A DNA stretch of 54,084 nt, the filler included, from Bipalium vagum (taxonomy: Eukaryota): NCBI GenBank assembly GCA_037834085.1. It is 3 parts of 3 records of this genome, joined end to end, with 100 filler letters (N's around TTAATTAATTAA, not from the genome) between each part and the next. Parts side by side here need not be neighbours in the genome. Positions count along the whole stretch, not along the records: positions 1 to 19,192 come from JBBMKC010007942.1; 2 more parts are not named here. One strand, 5' to 3'. A program made the translations under genes and the position numbers. Numbering within the stretch: the first letter of the stretch is position 1; every line of letters begins with the position of its first letter. Below are positions 1 to 13,855 of this stretch, piece after piece. The notes beneath the pieces are model-generated. The model had not been told where the DNA came from and searched no databases. It worked only from the letters and a program-made list of their open reading frames with translations.

Positions 1-1049
1 TATATTATAAATTTATTATTTTTGACGTTTTATTAATTTTAAATTTAATAAACAAAAAATACAACCTAAATTATGTATATATTACTTTAAAATTTACATA
101 TAGAATAAATATTTATCTATTATAAGAGAGGACAATTTTTATTTTAATAAGAATAAAATTAGTTTTATATTTTTCAATTTTAATTTGACATTACGGAATT
201 CCTTGATGGGGTTCTACGACATTAGAGTTCCGTAAGTAAGATAGGGGCTTTAAGATATATTAAAATATCAAGAATAATGTCGACCATGTCAAATTAAGAA
301 CTATATATGTTTTTGGCTTTTATAATTGTGCAATATTTTCACAAAAATATTTTGAAACCTTTATTTTGCATATACTCCAAAAATATTAGAGCTGTAGTGG
401 CTCTTGTGTTAAATTAGCCTTATAGTGACAGGATCAGTATGAGAGCAACAATTATGGTACGAAACTTTGGAAAATGATATGAAAGATAAAATATTCGTTT
501 TGCCTTTGACAGACATCAAAAGAATCAAAATACGCATCTTAGTAAAACAAATAAAATTTCAGAATTATTTCATAACAGAACCCAGTTGTGATTTCACAGT
601 ATTCAACTTAAAATTTATTAAATGTGTTGGTGCAACACACAGACACACATGATTGACTATGACCTAGATTTAAAGGGCTCGTAAATCAAAAACAAAAAGC
701 GATCTTTTCATATTGTATTGTAACCATTTTAATTAATAATACTCTTCAAACAGACATTCTCAGAAAAATGATTATTTAACATGGAGAACTCATTTCAAGT
801 AGTTATTTCATTAAAGTCAGTAATTATTATCAGTAAGTGAAAGGTTATTCATGTATTTTTTGTGTTTTGAAATTATCGGAAATAAAGACTTAGTAACAAC
901 ATTTATTCAATAATACATATGTTTGTGCGTTGTTTTGGCATAATAATTAAACAAAGTAATATTTAATAAAAATAATATTTTAATTAAATTTAAAAATTCT
1001 AATAAATTTATTTTGAATAAAGTAATAATATTTTCACATCTTCCTAATT

Positions 1050-1870
1050 AGAGGAATGTTTAAAATTTCTATTTTTCTATCTTTTTGCCACTTGTGAGTT
1101 TACGATTTTGCATTGTATTCTAAAACTGCCGTTTTGAAGCGTTTTTTATCAAGTCTTTGTCATCCTATTTACTAATAAACGATTGCTCTCAGTTTTTTTC
1201 TGCCGAACATCATTTCTGTTGATTATATTCACATTTTCTTCTATCTCATATTTATAATGTATTTATTATCGAAAGTCGTTTACGTTAACTTAGGTCATTT
1301 GAAGTTGTCCTTCTGTGATCCAAACAGTATTATAATAATAAGTTGCAGAAAAATGCAGTTTTTTGTTTATCGAGTTCATCAGATTTTTGAAGCTTTGAAT
1401 TTACAAGTTCAAACGAACTTCGCTTGGTACTTCCAATTTCACGTTTCATTTTTCATTTATAGTTTTTTAACTTCTCATCGTTTTGTTTTTTATTTCCATC
1501 AAGCTCACATATTGACTAATGTTCTAATAATAATCCACACGTATCCTAAATATTTTATCAAAAAGATATTTTTCGTTTAAATTTATTGTGACTTCACTTA
1601 GTTTCGTATTGTTAATTTTGTTCTTTTGACTACGCATACATTGGCTTATGATATCCACGAATATCTTCAACTTTTTCATTTCATAATTTCTTGATTATAC
1701 AATCTAGAATTTTCTGTTTCCACGTGTATTAACAATGTATGTATTTCCTTTAGTAATGAAATCCTTTTTTGAATCCAAATCTTCCCTTCTCTTTTTTTTC
1801 AATATATTACTTTTCACTCGAAACTGTCCTTAATTTTTTCTTGATTATCTCTTTTGTTAATATTTGAAAA
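1050..1870 (-). mobile_element. Degenerate Ty3/gypsy-like integrase relic
   Basis: Frameshifted minus-strand pieces read LLKEIHTLLIH...DIISQCMRSQKNK, resembling the integrase HHCC zinc-binding domain (H..H..CxxCQxNK). Further on, QSFISK...YNAKS resembles the integrase core. Many stops. The F-rich + ORF 1257-1580 is its shadow. Confidence 0.45.
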
Positions 1871-2679
1871 GCTTACTCTATCTAATGGTTGGTAAGGGAA
1901 ATACATAAAGAACAGTAAACATATAAGTTTAAAGTTTTATTTAATATACTATGACAAAACGATAATGTTTTTGTCAACAAGATTTCGAAAAATCAATATA
2001 AAAAAAAAGTTTTAATCTCGCTATCCCACGATTTGAAATTTCAAATATCACGCAATCCTATGAGTACCCTCTTTCTACACATTTCTAATTTCCAATATCA
2101 AAAAACTAATAAAAATTAATGAAATGAAAATGAAACTCTGAGTTTAAATCAATATGACACAGATGAATGAAATGAGCAATAATAATAAACCACACCCAAA
2201 ATCCATCAAATCTTTCTCTCATTGACAACCAAGTAATTTGATTTAATTAGATATTTAAAACGCTCTCCTAGAATCAAAATTTATTTTACTGACTACTCAG
2301 TTTATTTTCTCATGACAACTACACTTTCAATTATGGTCTGTAAACGAAAGATTAACAGAAAGATAATTACAAAAATTTAAAAGTGAAAGATCGGCTACTG
2401 TCGTAAGTAAAAACCAGTTGTAACCAGTAGTTGAAAGCGATACAAGAAAAGAACTGATATTGATTGAATGCCATTAAATTAACCATTTCTCAGTGTGAGT
2501 TTTAAACAGACTTCTAATTTTTAAATTAATATTTTGTGCCATTAAATATCAGAATTCATTTCAATAAAATTTATTTTAAAATAAATGTTAAAATAAAATT
2601 TACAATTACTTATAAATTTAAATTGAGCACAATATAAAAATTTAAAAATTAGAAATCAGCTTAAATACTCACACTCAGA

Positions 2680-3135
2680 ATTTTCATGAGCTTGGTAAAG
2701 TTAAAAAGGATAAAAGAATATCACAAAAAATTTTATAATAATTAGGAAGTAGGAGATGCGAATTTTCCTCTTTGTTTATTCGGAACCAAAATGATACATT
2801 TTTGACTCGAATTGTAGCCTGTGACGAGAAGTAGGTCTTACATGACAATGGGCAAATATCAACAAAATAGTTTGATGCAAATATAAAAAACCAAAACAAG
2901 TGCCTAAGCAAATCTTTTACCCAAAGAACATAATATGATCATTGTTTGGTGTTCTAGAATTAAATCGATTCTCTATAACTTTTTAACATCTGACGACTCT
3001 ATCAAAGTTCAGTCATACTTCAACGAAATTGAAGTAGTGAACAGGCATTTTCTTGAAACTCAACCAGGAAATGTTATAGACAAGAACTTATTTTACTCCA
3101 CAATAATGCAAGATCACATATTCCGAAATTAATAG
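2680..3135 (+). mobile_element. Mariner transposase remnant (middle part)
   Basis: HELGKVKK and FLTRIVACDEK*VLHDN (first catalytic D, cf. IVTCDEKW.Y.N). Frameshifted. Confidence 0.75.
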
Positions 3136-3589
3136 GATATATGTGGAGAGTCTGTAAGTCTCAAAAATGAAATTACCCTTTTAACAGCAATTTATTGATA
3201 ATTCTTTTGGATTACACAATTTTTATTAATTAAATCTTGAAAATAAATGTTAGGGCTTAGCAAGAAAATCAAATAAGCTTTTATTTTTATTTCTTCATAT
3301 CCAGATCTTTTTTGTTCGTAGTTCACATACCAATTAGGGTAGTGAATTACATTTCTTTGAGGACTTTTGAGATACTGATATTTATATCAGTACGAAAAGA
3401 TTCTGTACTTTAAATAATTATTGTTGTTATTATGCTGTTATAGCAATCACTCTGATCTTTGTAACTTGCACGTATTAGAGTTTGTTATTTAATATCAATA
3501 AAAATTTGTGTTTCAGTTGTTTTGAACTTATCGATTAAAAATCATTTTTGTCAAAACATAAAGCATTCTACCGTTAAGCTCTTTGCCTG

Positions 3590-3935
3590 CTCCACCTTTT
3601 TAAAGAGACTTAAGATATAAGTCACAAGATTTTAACTCCTAAGTTTTACCTCATCCAGCTTATTTACCGGATCTTATTTTCAGATTATCAAATTTTGAAA
3701 CATATGGATACATTTCTGACCAATAAGATATTTTGGAATCCTGTGAAGTTCAAAATGTCATTCATTCATTTGAGTCCAGAAATTCTGATTTCCATGAAAA
3801 TAAAATTTATGATTTATTGTCTCGATGGCAGGAGTGTTCTGAGAATTGGACAATATTTTTATGAATAAAATGTGTTTCAAGGTCTTTTTGTTTAGTTACA
3901 TTTTAAAAACATCATTTCATGTAGAAGAACCTGAG
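3590..3935 (+). mobile_element. Mariner transposase remnant (3' part)
   Basis: VLPHPAYLPDL (YSPDL motif) and LLSRWQECS near the C-terminus, then an AT-rich TIR-like end. Possibly the continuation of 2680-3135. Confidence 0.75.
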
Positions 3936-5258
3936 GCATAAATTCTACATTAAACATTAATGAAATACATTAATTTTATCAACTAATAACTAAATACATG
4001 TTTCGAATTTTTTATCAGTCCTTCTTCAGTCATTAATATTTGATATTATAGATTTCGTTCATCAATTAAACGATAGTATATTTTTTCAAATTTTGATTGG
4101 TTAAATTACTTTTTTTAAAATAATACATTTGATTTATATTTTCTCTTGTTTGTATATTATATATAATATATATAATAATATCTGGTTGCCAATGTTTTAT
4201 TAATAATGATTCGAAAATCTTTCGTTTATCAATTTTACCAAAATTTATCATAATCACTCTAAATTTTTCTACTTCCACTTTACTTTTTCTTAAAATCCAA
4301 TTCATTTAATGATCTAAGACTTTATCGGTAATGCTTTATTGCTAATGCTCATTAATATGTTTTCTGAAGTGACGCTGTTTTGCATATGTATAGGCTATTA
4401 CATCCATGACATTTGAATTTTTTATATTAGCTTACGGTGGCTGATGTTTTAATTTTTAAATAATTCTTCGTTTTCAATATGAATGAAATTACTTTTAGGA
4501 TTTTCATGCTATTTTTTATTACCTTCTTGAAGGTTCTGAAGCCTTTTCAAAATAAAACTTTATTATTTGAAAAAAAAACTTTTCCTATGATTATATTTGA
4601 TTCTTTATTATTAGAATAATGAAAAATAATAAAGAATTCATAAAAAAAGTTTGAAAATAAAACAATCATAAATATTATAGTTATATAAATATAAATAATA
4701 GTTTTTCACTTGAAGACTCAGATGAAAAGTTAAAGTGTACTTAAGATGATCTGGAAGAAAGATATAGAAACAAAGCCTCTTTAAAATAGTTATTGTTCAC
4801 TATTTTTCACTAATGTTATGTAAGTAATTATCTAAATATAATAAAATAATAATTATTTGCATATTATAAGTAGATGGAATTGGTTATTTGAATTAACTAT
4901 ATTTTGTACAAGAAACCAGCAAAATAAGTGTTAAATATTATTCTAAAGAGTTAAAACTAAATAATCATCACAATGAAGAAGCTTATTTATTGAAAAATTA
5001 TTTATTTTTCATAAATAATTATTATTTTAATATTAAACTCTTGACGTTCTGTCTCTACGTTATAGTTGATAAAGCTACTATCTTACAAGGCTTTAATTGA
5101 TCTAGTTATCAAATGCTACAAACATTTGCTTATATCATTAACAGTTAGTTTTGAACTAAAACAAGTAAAACTTAGAAGACAATAACAATAAATATCATAA
5201 TTACGTCTGCAAGAAATTTCAATAAGCTAAAATACTGTACAATAAATAAAATCCAGTT

Positions 5259-5424
5259 TCACACTTTGCTTGGAGGCAAGATAATATTGTTTGGACGATA
5301 TTTCCCGGCCCTCCAGTCGACTTTTAGACGAGGTTGTTCTGAAACTGGAGTCGTCATTGAATCTGTTTGGCCGTCTGGACTGGGACGCATTGTTGTCCTC
5401 ATAATATCCTTAGATTCTTTGAAT
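5259..5424 (-). CDS. Terminal coding exon of an unidentified host gene (...FKESKDIMRTTMRPSPDGQTDSMTTPVSEQPRLKVDWRAGKYRPNNIILPPSKV*)
   Basis: GC-enriched open frame. Acceptor ttctctattttaaatag, phase-2 start, TGA at 5259-5261. Phase-compatible with exon 12138-12397. Confidence 0.6.
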
Positions 5425-6359
5425 CTATTTAAAATAGAGAAAATTAGTAAAATATATTTAAAAATTAATGTTACTAAAGAGACTGTCATAATTAAATCAG
5501 TAGGCTGAATAAATAGATTGTGGATCGCCATTACTTGTTTTATTGATATTTTTAATAACATAGTTGCCTTTGCAATAATTCGCGCATCTTATTTATAATA
5601 CGTAGTCTCCAATGTGACATTTACCAGATCATTATATTATTAATTTTTAATAATTTTTAACCTTATTCTTTTAAATTGAATCATTTAATGGTTCTGGTTT
5701 TTTCTATATATATTTTTGAGAGATTGGACGGTCTAATCTCTAAAACTTATTCATTTCCAAAACGTTTTAAATTATTTTTGTGCTTAACTTCAAAGTTATT
5801 CTTTTTCCGTTTTGAACAGATTAAGAGTGCAGCAGAAAAAGTAACCGACACAATATTCTCGTTCTGAATCACAAAGATTAAAATGAATAAAGCTTAGGTC
5901 TTAAAATGAAACAAAACCACTTCAAGATAAATTTCAATATGTAGAGATCTTACTCAATACATCCATAAAGTCAAATTTTCAAAAAAGACTTCAATTTGAC
6001 CCTTCTTGGTAAATGACGTCATTGATATCACCTTTATCTAACCATATGATGATAATATTTTAAAAGAAAATTTAATCACATGAAAAAAAGTATAAACATC
6101 ATCAGATTTCTGTGGATGAAATTTAATACTATTTACAATTTTCGCATATTTCAATATTTTTGTGAATTTTGGAACAAAATGAATTTAGAATAGACTTAAG
6201 CAGGACGACATTGGGCTGAAAGTGAAGTAAAATTTGTAATCTAAAGAAAAATGATGATACATTCAGCCGTAGAATTAAATAAACCATTTATTTATAAGTT
6301 ATTAATTTCAAAAAATAATATAAAATAATATTTCCGATAATTGAAAAAGATCATTATCA

Positions 6360-6720
6360 ATCAGGTTGTTGAATAGAAAATGTCGTTTTATTTAGCAAGA
6401 ACATTTATAAAAACAAGATTCATAAACATTATTCCAAAGATATTCTTCATCAGTATCAATTATCTGTCGCGAAAGTCCACGTAATGAATGGATATATTTC
6501 GCTGGTTGTAATTTGAAGAAGTTGGAAGCTGAATTTTTGATTTCATATCGGTTTTGGAACATATTTTCTTCATCGTGCTTAATCGATCGGAACAAATGAT
6601 AATCGGATAGAGCAAGGTCTGGGCTATATGAAGGATGAGGCATTACTTCAAATATGAACTCCTCGATTTGGAAACATTGGTAGCATCACTGGCAAGGATA
6701 AAACATCCTTACTGAATACT
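6360..6720 (-). mobile_element. Mariner 3' fragment with TIR
   Basis: PHPSYSPDLALSDYHLFRSIKH (ORF 6392-6643). TIR-like tcaggttgttgaatagaaaatgtcgttt at about 6361. Confidence 0.85.
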
Positions 6721-7389
6721 TGATGCACTGAGATTCTTTTAGAGTTTTTCATTATTTATAGTCATGTAGGATACATCTGTATACGATATTTTTGCTCAGT
6801 CATATCTAAAATGTTTACTACATTTTAAAAACCAATTAAATATTGACATACTATAAAAAAAGATTCGTCTGAGATTGTCCTTCAAAATAAATACTAAAAA
6901 ATACTCAAGATATTATTAGAAACGGAAAAACAGAATTAATGTTAGGGACATTTTTAATTCTACAACCGAATAGATACTACTCTTAATGTGGAGGCTACCA
7001 AAATAAAATGTGAAAAAATAATATATATATTTGATGATTTTTATATTTTGATAAATTTTATGTTAAATTATCTTTGATAAAATATCTGTAAATTAAAAAA
7101 TAATATCTGGACATTAAATATAAGTATAATAATAATAATAATTATTATTATTGGCTGTTGGTTTTAATATTATGATTATATGTAAATTATAAAATAAGAC
7201 AAAATACGTTAAATTAATCTAAGAAAAAATTATAATAATATTAATAAAAGTAAAATAAAATAAAAAATATATAAAAATGGTAAAAGCAATATTTATTTAT
7301 AAAAAAGTATATATAAAAATTAAAGCAATAAATGTGAGAGGGGCACAAAAATCTACCCGCAACAAAAATAATAAAAAAGAAATTCAAAA

Positions 7390-8387
7390 AACAATGTTAT
7401 TTGACATTATTGAAAGCAACAATTCAAAAAAAGTGAAGCTGCCAGAAAAAATATGCAAAGTGGAAGGTGAAGGTGTGGTCACTATTCCTATAGCCCAAAT
7501 CTGGTTAAAAAAATTTAATGGTGAAAATGATCTGTACGATCAACCACGTTCTGATAGGCAAGTAACCGTGAATCAAGAAGTGCTACGCAATGTTGTTGAT
7601 ACCAAACCATCGATTATCACTCAAATATTGTCTGCTGATCTAGGTATTTCTCAAGCAACAGTTGTCCAAAACCTTAAAGGTAAGGCCAACAAAATATGTA
7701 GAAAGCTACTGGAAAATCCACGGGATTATCGTTTCATTAGAAAGATTGTAATTTCTAAAGAAAAGTGGATTTATTTTACCAATCCTCACAATATTTTACC
7801 GACCCTCAGCAAGTGGCAGAACCTGTTCCAAAAAGAGACCGATTCTCAAAGAAGACATTATTGTGCTTTTGATGGAATTTCCAAGGCATGGTCCACTTCG
7901 AATTGATTCCAAATAGTATATCACTAGACGCAGACATATATTGGGCTCAATTGGGATTGAATGTTTCAAAAATTAAAGCTGGAAAATCCGGCATTGGTCA
8001 ATCGAAAGCGGGTGGTCTTACAGAAAGATATTACAAAACAGCACACTGTCATGAAAACAATAGAAAAAATCAAAGACTGTGAATCCTATGCTGTTACCAT
8101 ATCCAGCATACAGTCACGATTTTGCCCCATCGGATTACAATCTTTTTCTATTAATGGCACATTTTCTCCGAGGACGTAGATTCAATAACTTTGAAGAGAT
8201 CGAAACGTCGTGCCAAGAGTTTTTCAGTTCCAAGGACAAGGAATTGTACCAACAAGAGATCTAACATCTAGCAGATAGATGGCTTAAAACTATTGATTCA
8301 AATGACCTTTACTTTGAAACATAATATAATTTTGTTTTTGTTTTATTATTTTAAATAATAAACGACATTGCTTATGAATCACCCTAA
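7390..8387 (+). mobile_element. Near-full-length decayed mariner transposon
   Basis: Frameshifted ORFs 7277-8264 give the HTH region (ICKVEGEGVVT..QIWLKKF), IVISKEKWIYF, PALVNRK and PYPAYSHDFAPSDYNLF..HFLRGRRF. 3' TIR aacgacattgcttatgaatcaccctaa followed by TA. Confidence 0.9.
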
Positions 8388-11300
8388 TATTTTCGAATAT
8401 AAATATAAATTTTCTTCACAAAATTTTAATCATCATTGTTTCATTTGTTAAAATTTTGATTATTTTGATCCAATTGAATTGATTATTTTCATGTAAAACA
8501 CTTACACATTAGCAAATTTCACGCGTTAAGACCCATTTCACTCCACACTATTTAGGTAACTTAACAATATACAATGTATACTCATGTTCATAAGTGTTAG
8601 GTAGATAAAATGTATTATGAAAGACAAAGAAAATGAAAATATTTTATTTATATTTAAATTTAATATACTTATACTTTAACATATTAACTTTAATATTCTG
8701 ATGCTGGTTTTCATATATCCTTTGTTAATAAAAAATATCTTCATTAAGAAAAATTTAAAATCTCATTTTATATTATATTTTTCCCAGTACCAGAATATTG
8801 AAATGAAAAATAAAGCTTGAAATATTTTTGACACAAGACTATGAACATTTAATGCATAAATATTAATGGAAAATTTGGCGAAATAAAGGACGTTGTCAGA
8901 GTAATATATGATTATATTCATAAAAGATTCTATAAGCAAACTGTTCTTTTATTCCGAGATAATAAATAAATCAGGGAAATTAATATCTCTTAATTAATCA
9001 TCTATTCAGGTAGAAACAAAAGAAATATAAATTCAATTTAAACGCAACTCATCATAATTAAAAAAAATTATATTTCAGTTGAGAGAAAACGAAAGTTAAC
9101 TAAAAGTTACGAATAAAAAATGAATTATTAAAACAAATGTAAATTACGATGAACTTGATTTGTTTTAAATTATCACTTTATATTAATTAATTAACTATTA
9201 TTCGAGTTTTTTTTAGTCATATTTTGGGTATTTTAATGTCATTGTATACTCTGGATTTTTAAAGACATAAATCCGACCCCTATTAATAATTGAACTGATC
9301 CATTTGGCATTATACTTTGAATATGTTTGGTATTGAACGGTTTTAAATAGGTTAGATAACATGGTATGAATTTAGGTTTTTATTAGTAATAAATAATAAA
9401 GCAAAAATATTAATTAATAAACAAATAAGGATAACTAATAAAAGTAAATTTAAAGAGTCCAGAATATGGGCATGATTAATTATTGTTTTCTGTAATAATA
9501 TGCCAAAAAGTCGAACATTAATCACATTGGAAAGGGTTAAGTAGTTTTTAAGAAAAATGACCAATCATTTGTCATTTTAGATCGGATTACTGAAAAATCA
9601 AGTATGAAAGGTGACCTTAAAACCACTAAAACTAGGCCCACTTTGATAACTCATTGTCAAGCGAACTAAAATATTTACACAAGTTGATTATAATGACAAA
9701 TGATGCATGTATCAAGAATTACACTGAAGTCCAAGTAAATTGTACTAATCACTGGAAACCGTCTTGTAGCCAGGTAGTTAGTAAAGGAACCCAGCATTAG
9801 TTCGGCATGATTATCCTTAACTTTTTGCATTTATCATAAATGTATCCACTCATATACTGTTTAGCATATTACATTTATTTAATATTGAGAGGATCGACTT
9901 TGTAAATAGGGTTACTAATTTATATTATTTATTAGTTTACGAAGACTGAAATGATCGTGCTAAAGTTTGTGGACTTTGTTGATAATTATGGAATAGTATT
10001 ATATTATTACTTTGGCGAGATTAATAAACGTTATATTTGAAAGGTTAAAGGGACAGAAACACAGTCTATCAACAAAGATGCTGGGTTTTACAAGCTCTAT
10101 TACTATAATATTTAAGAAATAATAATGGTAGTGAGACAATCTTTTTCTTATTTCGAAAACGGTGCACCTTTGGAAATAAAGTATTTTTCTTCTTAATATG
10201 TTTAGATGGAATATTCTACAAATATTCACTATTAGTTTTTATCCAATTAACCTTTGGAATTTTAATTTTTCCAAGAAGCTAATGTGAAAAATACATTTAC
10301 AAATAAATCACAAATCAAAATTCGGTTTCATGAAAGCTGTTGAGTTATATAGTTTCAGGGAAAATTCACCATTTTATCAGAACGCCACCGCCATGGGGTG
10401 TATTTATGGTTGCTTGACATTTCACTAAGTGTTGTTCAATGTAGGAGATAACCGTTCGGAAATTTATGGTCAGCACCAACCAGGCATGATAGTCAGGCTG
10501 TTTTAGTTTTAGCCCAGACAATTTCCTCTTTAATTTTCCATTTGTTTATATTGAGACTTCTGGATGAATCGTTTATTATTAAGTTTGTTTATGAATTTTT
10601 TTGTATATATTAATATTAATCACTTTTCTCTTATATAATTGGTTTAAAATTAAATATAAATATTTTTTGATAATTTTTCTTCCCTTTAAACAATAAATTT
10701 GTATTTAATAAAAATATTTAAATAAATAGATTGTAACATGGATAAGTATCATAATCATTATTATATCTCTATTGATCGAAATATTCATTAACAACAAATC
10801 TCAAGATTTTCCACACCGTCTTAATTTTAATTATATAAGATAATTTTATCACAGTAAAATTTTGTTTAAAAAAAGTGCTTCCGTTTGATAATGTAATATT
10901 GTTGGAAGTTATGGTTCCCATTTGGCCAGGTTAAAATATGAAATAAACCAAATAAACAATTGAACATCACAAATTTTCGGAAGGCTACCTAATTTTCGAA
11001 ACTGACAAAAAAGGTTTCTTATAAAAGCAAAGATTCACACTGAGAAAAGACATGTAAAGGAGAAAGGAAATTCTTGTGAAACTAAATCCTAATGGATGTT
11101 AATGAAGCTGAATCGAATTACAAATATGAATAACGGAGATTAATGTGAATCTGAATCATATTATGCCTATGATTAATTAATATAAACTGAAACTGAATCA
11201 GATTATTTGCAGAAAATGTGAAGCTGTACAATCGATGAATTGATATCATCCATAATTCATCAATAGTTTTAGGATAAGGATATGGTTTCAATTTCAATTT

Positions 11301-11539
11301 AAAATTGTTTAATAAATAAAATAATATTAAGATCAGTGAGACAGGGATTTTATTAATTCTAAAAGTTATATTTTTAATTATAAATAGAAATGATTAAAAC
11401 AATAATAATAATAATTTTAAAAATTGAAGATAATTCAAAATTTAGGATTATCCTTAAATATTTTATATTTCAGTGATAAATTTAAAAAATAATTATAAAT
11501 GAATTGCATTTAATATTTTAAACTTTAATACTTTTATTA

Positions 11540-11880
11540 TACAGGGTGCGTGCGTAAAATTGGCAAGATTCTTGAACTTTAATATATCACGTGTTTTCAA
11601 TTAAAAATTCATACTTTGTTTAAGTAATCATAAATCCGCATCATTTAAAATTAATTTTCATACACAATTTCCAAATCAACCAGCCATGTCCAAAGAAATT
11701 GAAGATTAAGCATTATGTACAATTTGCAAACAGGACGAAATTTTAAAGAAGTTTCAAAGTTCAATAATATCCCGTTACACACAGTGTACAGTGTCAAGAA
11801 GATTTTTGATGCTCAAGACTTAAAGATAAAAAGTGATGTATACTTGGAAGTTTAGATGGAGTCGCTGTGCCACGGATAAG
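11540..11880 (+). mobile_element. Internally deleted Tc1/maT-like fragment
   Basis: TA+CAGGGTG terminus at about 11540 and an HTH-like NIPLHTVYSVKK. The DVYLEV..VAVPRI segment resembles DVYMNLLSTVVKPWI of the element at 46540-47160. Confidence 0.45.
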
Positions 11881-12137
11881 ATTTTTTAATTATATATGGA
11901 AGAATTTTTAAATAAGTTAAAAAGATTATATTTTTAAATTCCGAAAACTAAGTGATTTTTTTCTTACGATAAATTATTTGAAAAATTTAAAAATTAAGCA
12001 AATAATAATAAAGTGCAAGGGAAATGCGGAATATTATTATAGGCAAAATTTTAGCAAGAAACAAATCATTAATATTGCAATAAAAATATTTTCAAAATAT
12101 AAATAATAAAATTATGAAAGAATCAAAAATTTTTTAC

Positions 12138-12397
12138 TCTTTTGATTTTTGCAAAGTCGGTACTGACAATCTCGGCTGATTTGTATCCAAATTGATAGGT
12201 CGGAAATTCCAGTTACAGTTTTCATCATTTTGTTTTCTACCCTTAACCGGCGAGGATTTTGCATTAGACGCATTTATTGCTTGTTTAATTCTTTCTTCTT
12301 GCATTCGGGACTTGTGTTCAGATTGGTTTAAAGATTCATCTGATTTGGCTCGAGTAAGAGGAAATGAAATAGATTCTATTGATTCTTTGGATTTTTC
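12138..12397 (-). CDS. Internal coding exon of an unidentified S/K/E-rich protein (EKSKESIESISFPLTRAKSDESLNQ...PRLSVPTLQKSK)
   Basis: 260-nt open frame. Acceptor ttttctgtgttcag, donor GA|gtaaaa (phase 2). Joins in frame to exon 5259-5424. Confidence 0.65.
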
Positions 12398-12594
12398 CTG
12401 AACACAGAAAATCAATATTAAATTAATGATATATTTACCATCGATTTCGATAAAAAGTTTATTGAATTTATTGAATTACATACATACATATTTAGTAAAA
12501 CATTGAAATATTAAGATCCCAATTTTGAAAGAATCATTTTTATCAGTATTTTCTGATATCAGAAATTTTAGACTTGTCTTATAAATATTCTTTA

Positions 12595-13855
12595 GGTATA
12601 ATGTCCCAAAAAAGTAGACTTTGTTGTCTCTTATGCACTTTTTGAGATATTTATTGGCTTACTTTATAAAGTGAAAGATAAATTGTTAAAGTTTTATTTC
12701 ATATAAAAAAATTTACTAGAGATGTTAAAAATGACTACCATTCACTGACCTACAGAAATTCATTCTTTTTACAATATTTTAAAATACGCTATTCAAATTT
12801 TCTCTTGAAATAATTTTTATTTCTTCAGTGATTTTTATTTTCAAATGCTCAATTTTTTAAATTTCAGATTTGAATACTTTGATCTTTAAATGGCTCCATA
12901 AATAGATGTTAGACGTTAAAACTGGTGAACTTGGAACCCATCGAATTGGACCACTTCTCCCGATCCACCTGTTCAAAAATTTATCGTTAAAATACTGTTG
13001 CACATGCACAGGACTTCAAGCTTGCTGAAGTATTAGAGACCGTGCAGTGTACAATTTTCTCACATCAAAAAAGTTTTGAACCATTAACAGATGATTTTGG
13101 CCGTTAACAGTATTATCATCAAAGAAATAGGCACCGACAATTTGATTCTTTGACAAAGAACTCCAAGCATTGACCCTCAGAGATTTCATGAGTCTTTCAA
13201 AATTAGCACGTGGATTAGTTTCTGAAAAATATCTGGCCCTATGTTTATTTATTAATCCTTTTGACTAAAGCTTTGTTTCATCTGAAAAAATACTTTCTTG
13301 AATATCAGCATTTTCTAACATCGGGGTCAGAGTTTTGCACATTTCAACTCTGTCTTGTAAATCGTCTTCATGTAATTCTTGTGTGAAATAAGGCTTCAAT
13401 GTCAACTGTCCTGTCATAATTCGATGGGTTGCTGATAACGAAATGAAGCAGGTGATAGCAACAGATCGAGCACTGCATAGTCATTTATCTTGAATAATTT
13501 TGGCAAAATTGTTAACTTTATTTTTAGTGATTCACTTTGATCTTCCAGAACACTCTTGATACTTTACTGATTCATTTTCAAAAAGACGATGAAATGTCTC
13601 TCTTATATTGCTTTCATTTGTCGAGTTTTTCCCAAATTCAGGCTTTAATTTTCTTTTTACCACATAAATTCACTCGAACGTGACTATTAATAAAATAGTT
13701 TTTATTCATATGAACCACTACTTGCAAAATCTAATATTAAAATAAAACATAACAAACCTAACATAATTCAATATTATACAAACAGTAGCTTAAATGGATT
13801 GAATTAAATGAAAAATATTTACGTTTACTTTCAACAGGAATTTTGGGACACCCTG
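12595..13855 (-). mobile_element. Decayed rosa/DD41D-like Tc1-mariner element
   Basis: Minus frames give VNAWSSLSKNQIVGAYFFDDNTVNG and FLNRWIGRSGPIRWVPSSPVLT..LWSHLK (cf. RWIGR..WPPRSPDLTPLDFFLWG). TIR CAGGGTGTCCCAAAA+TA at 13855, with a degenerate mate near 12600. Confidence 0.8.
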
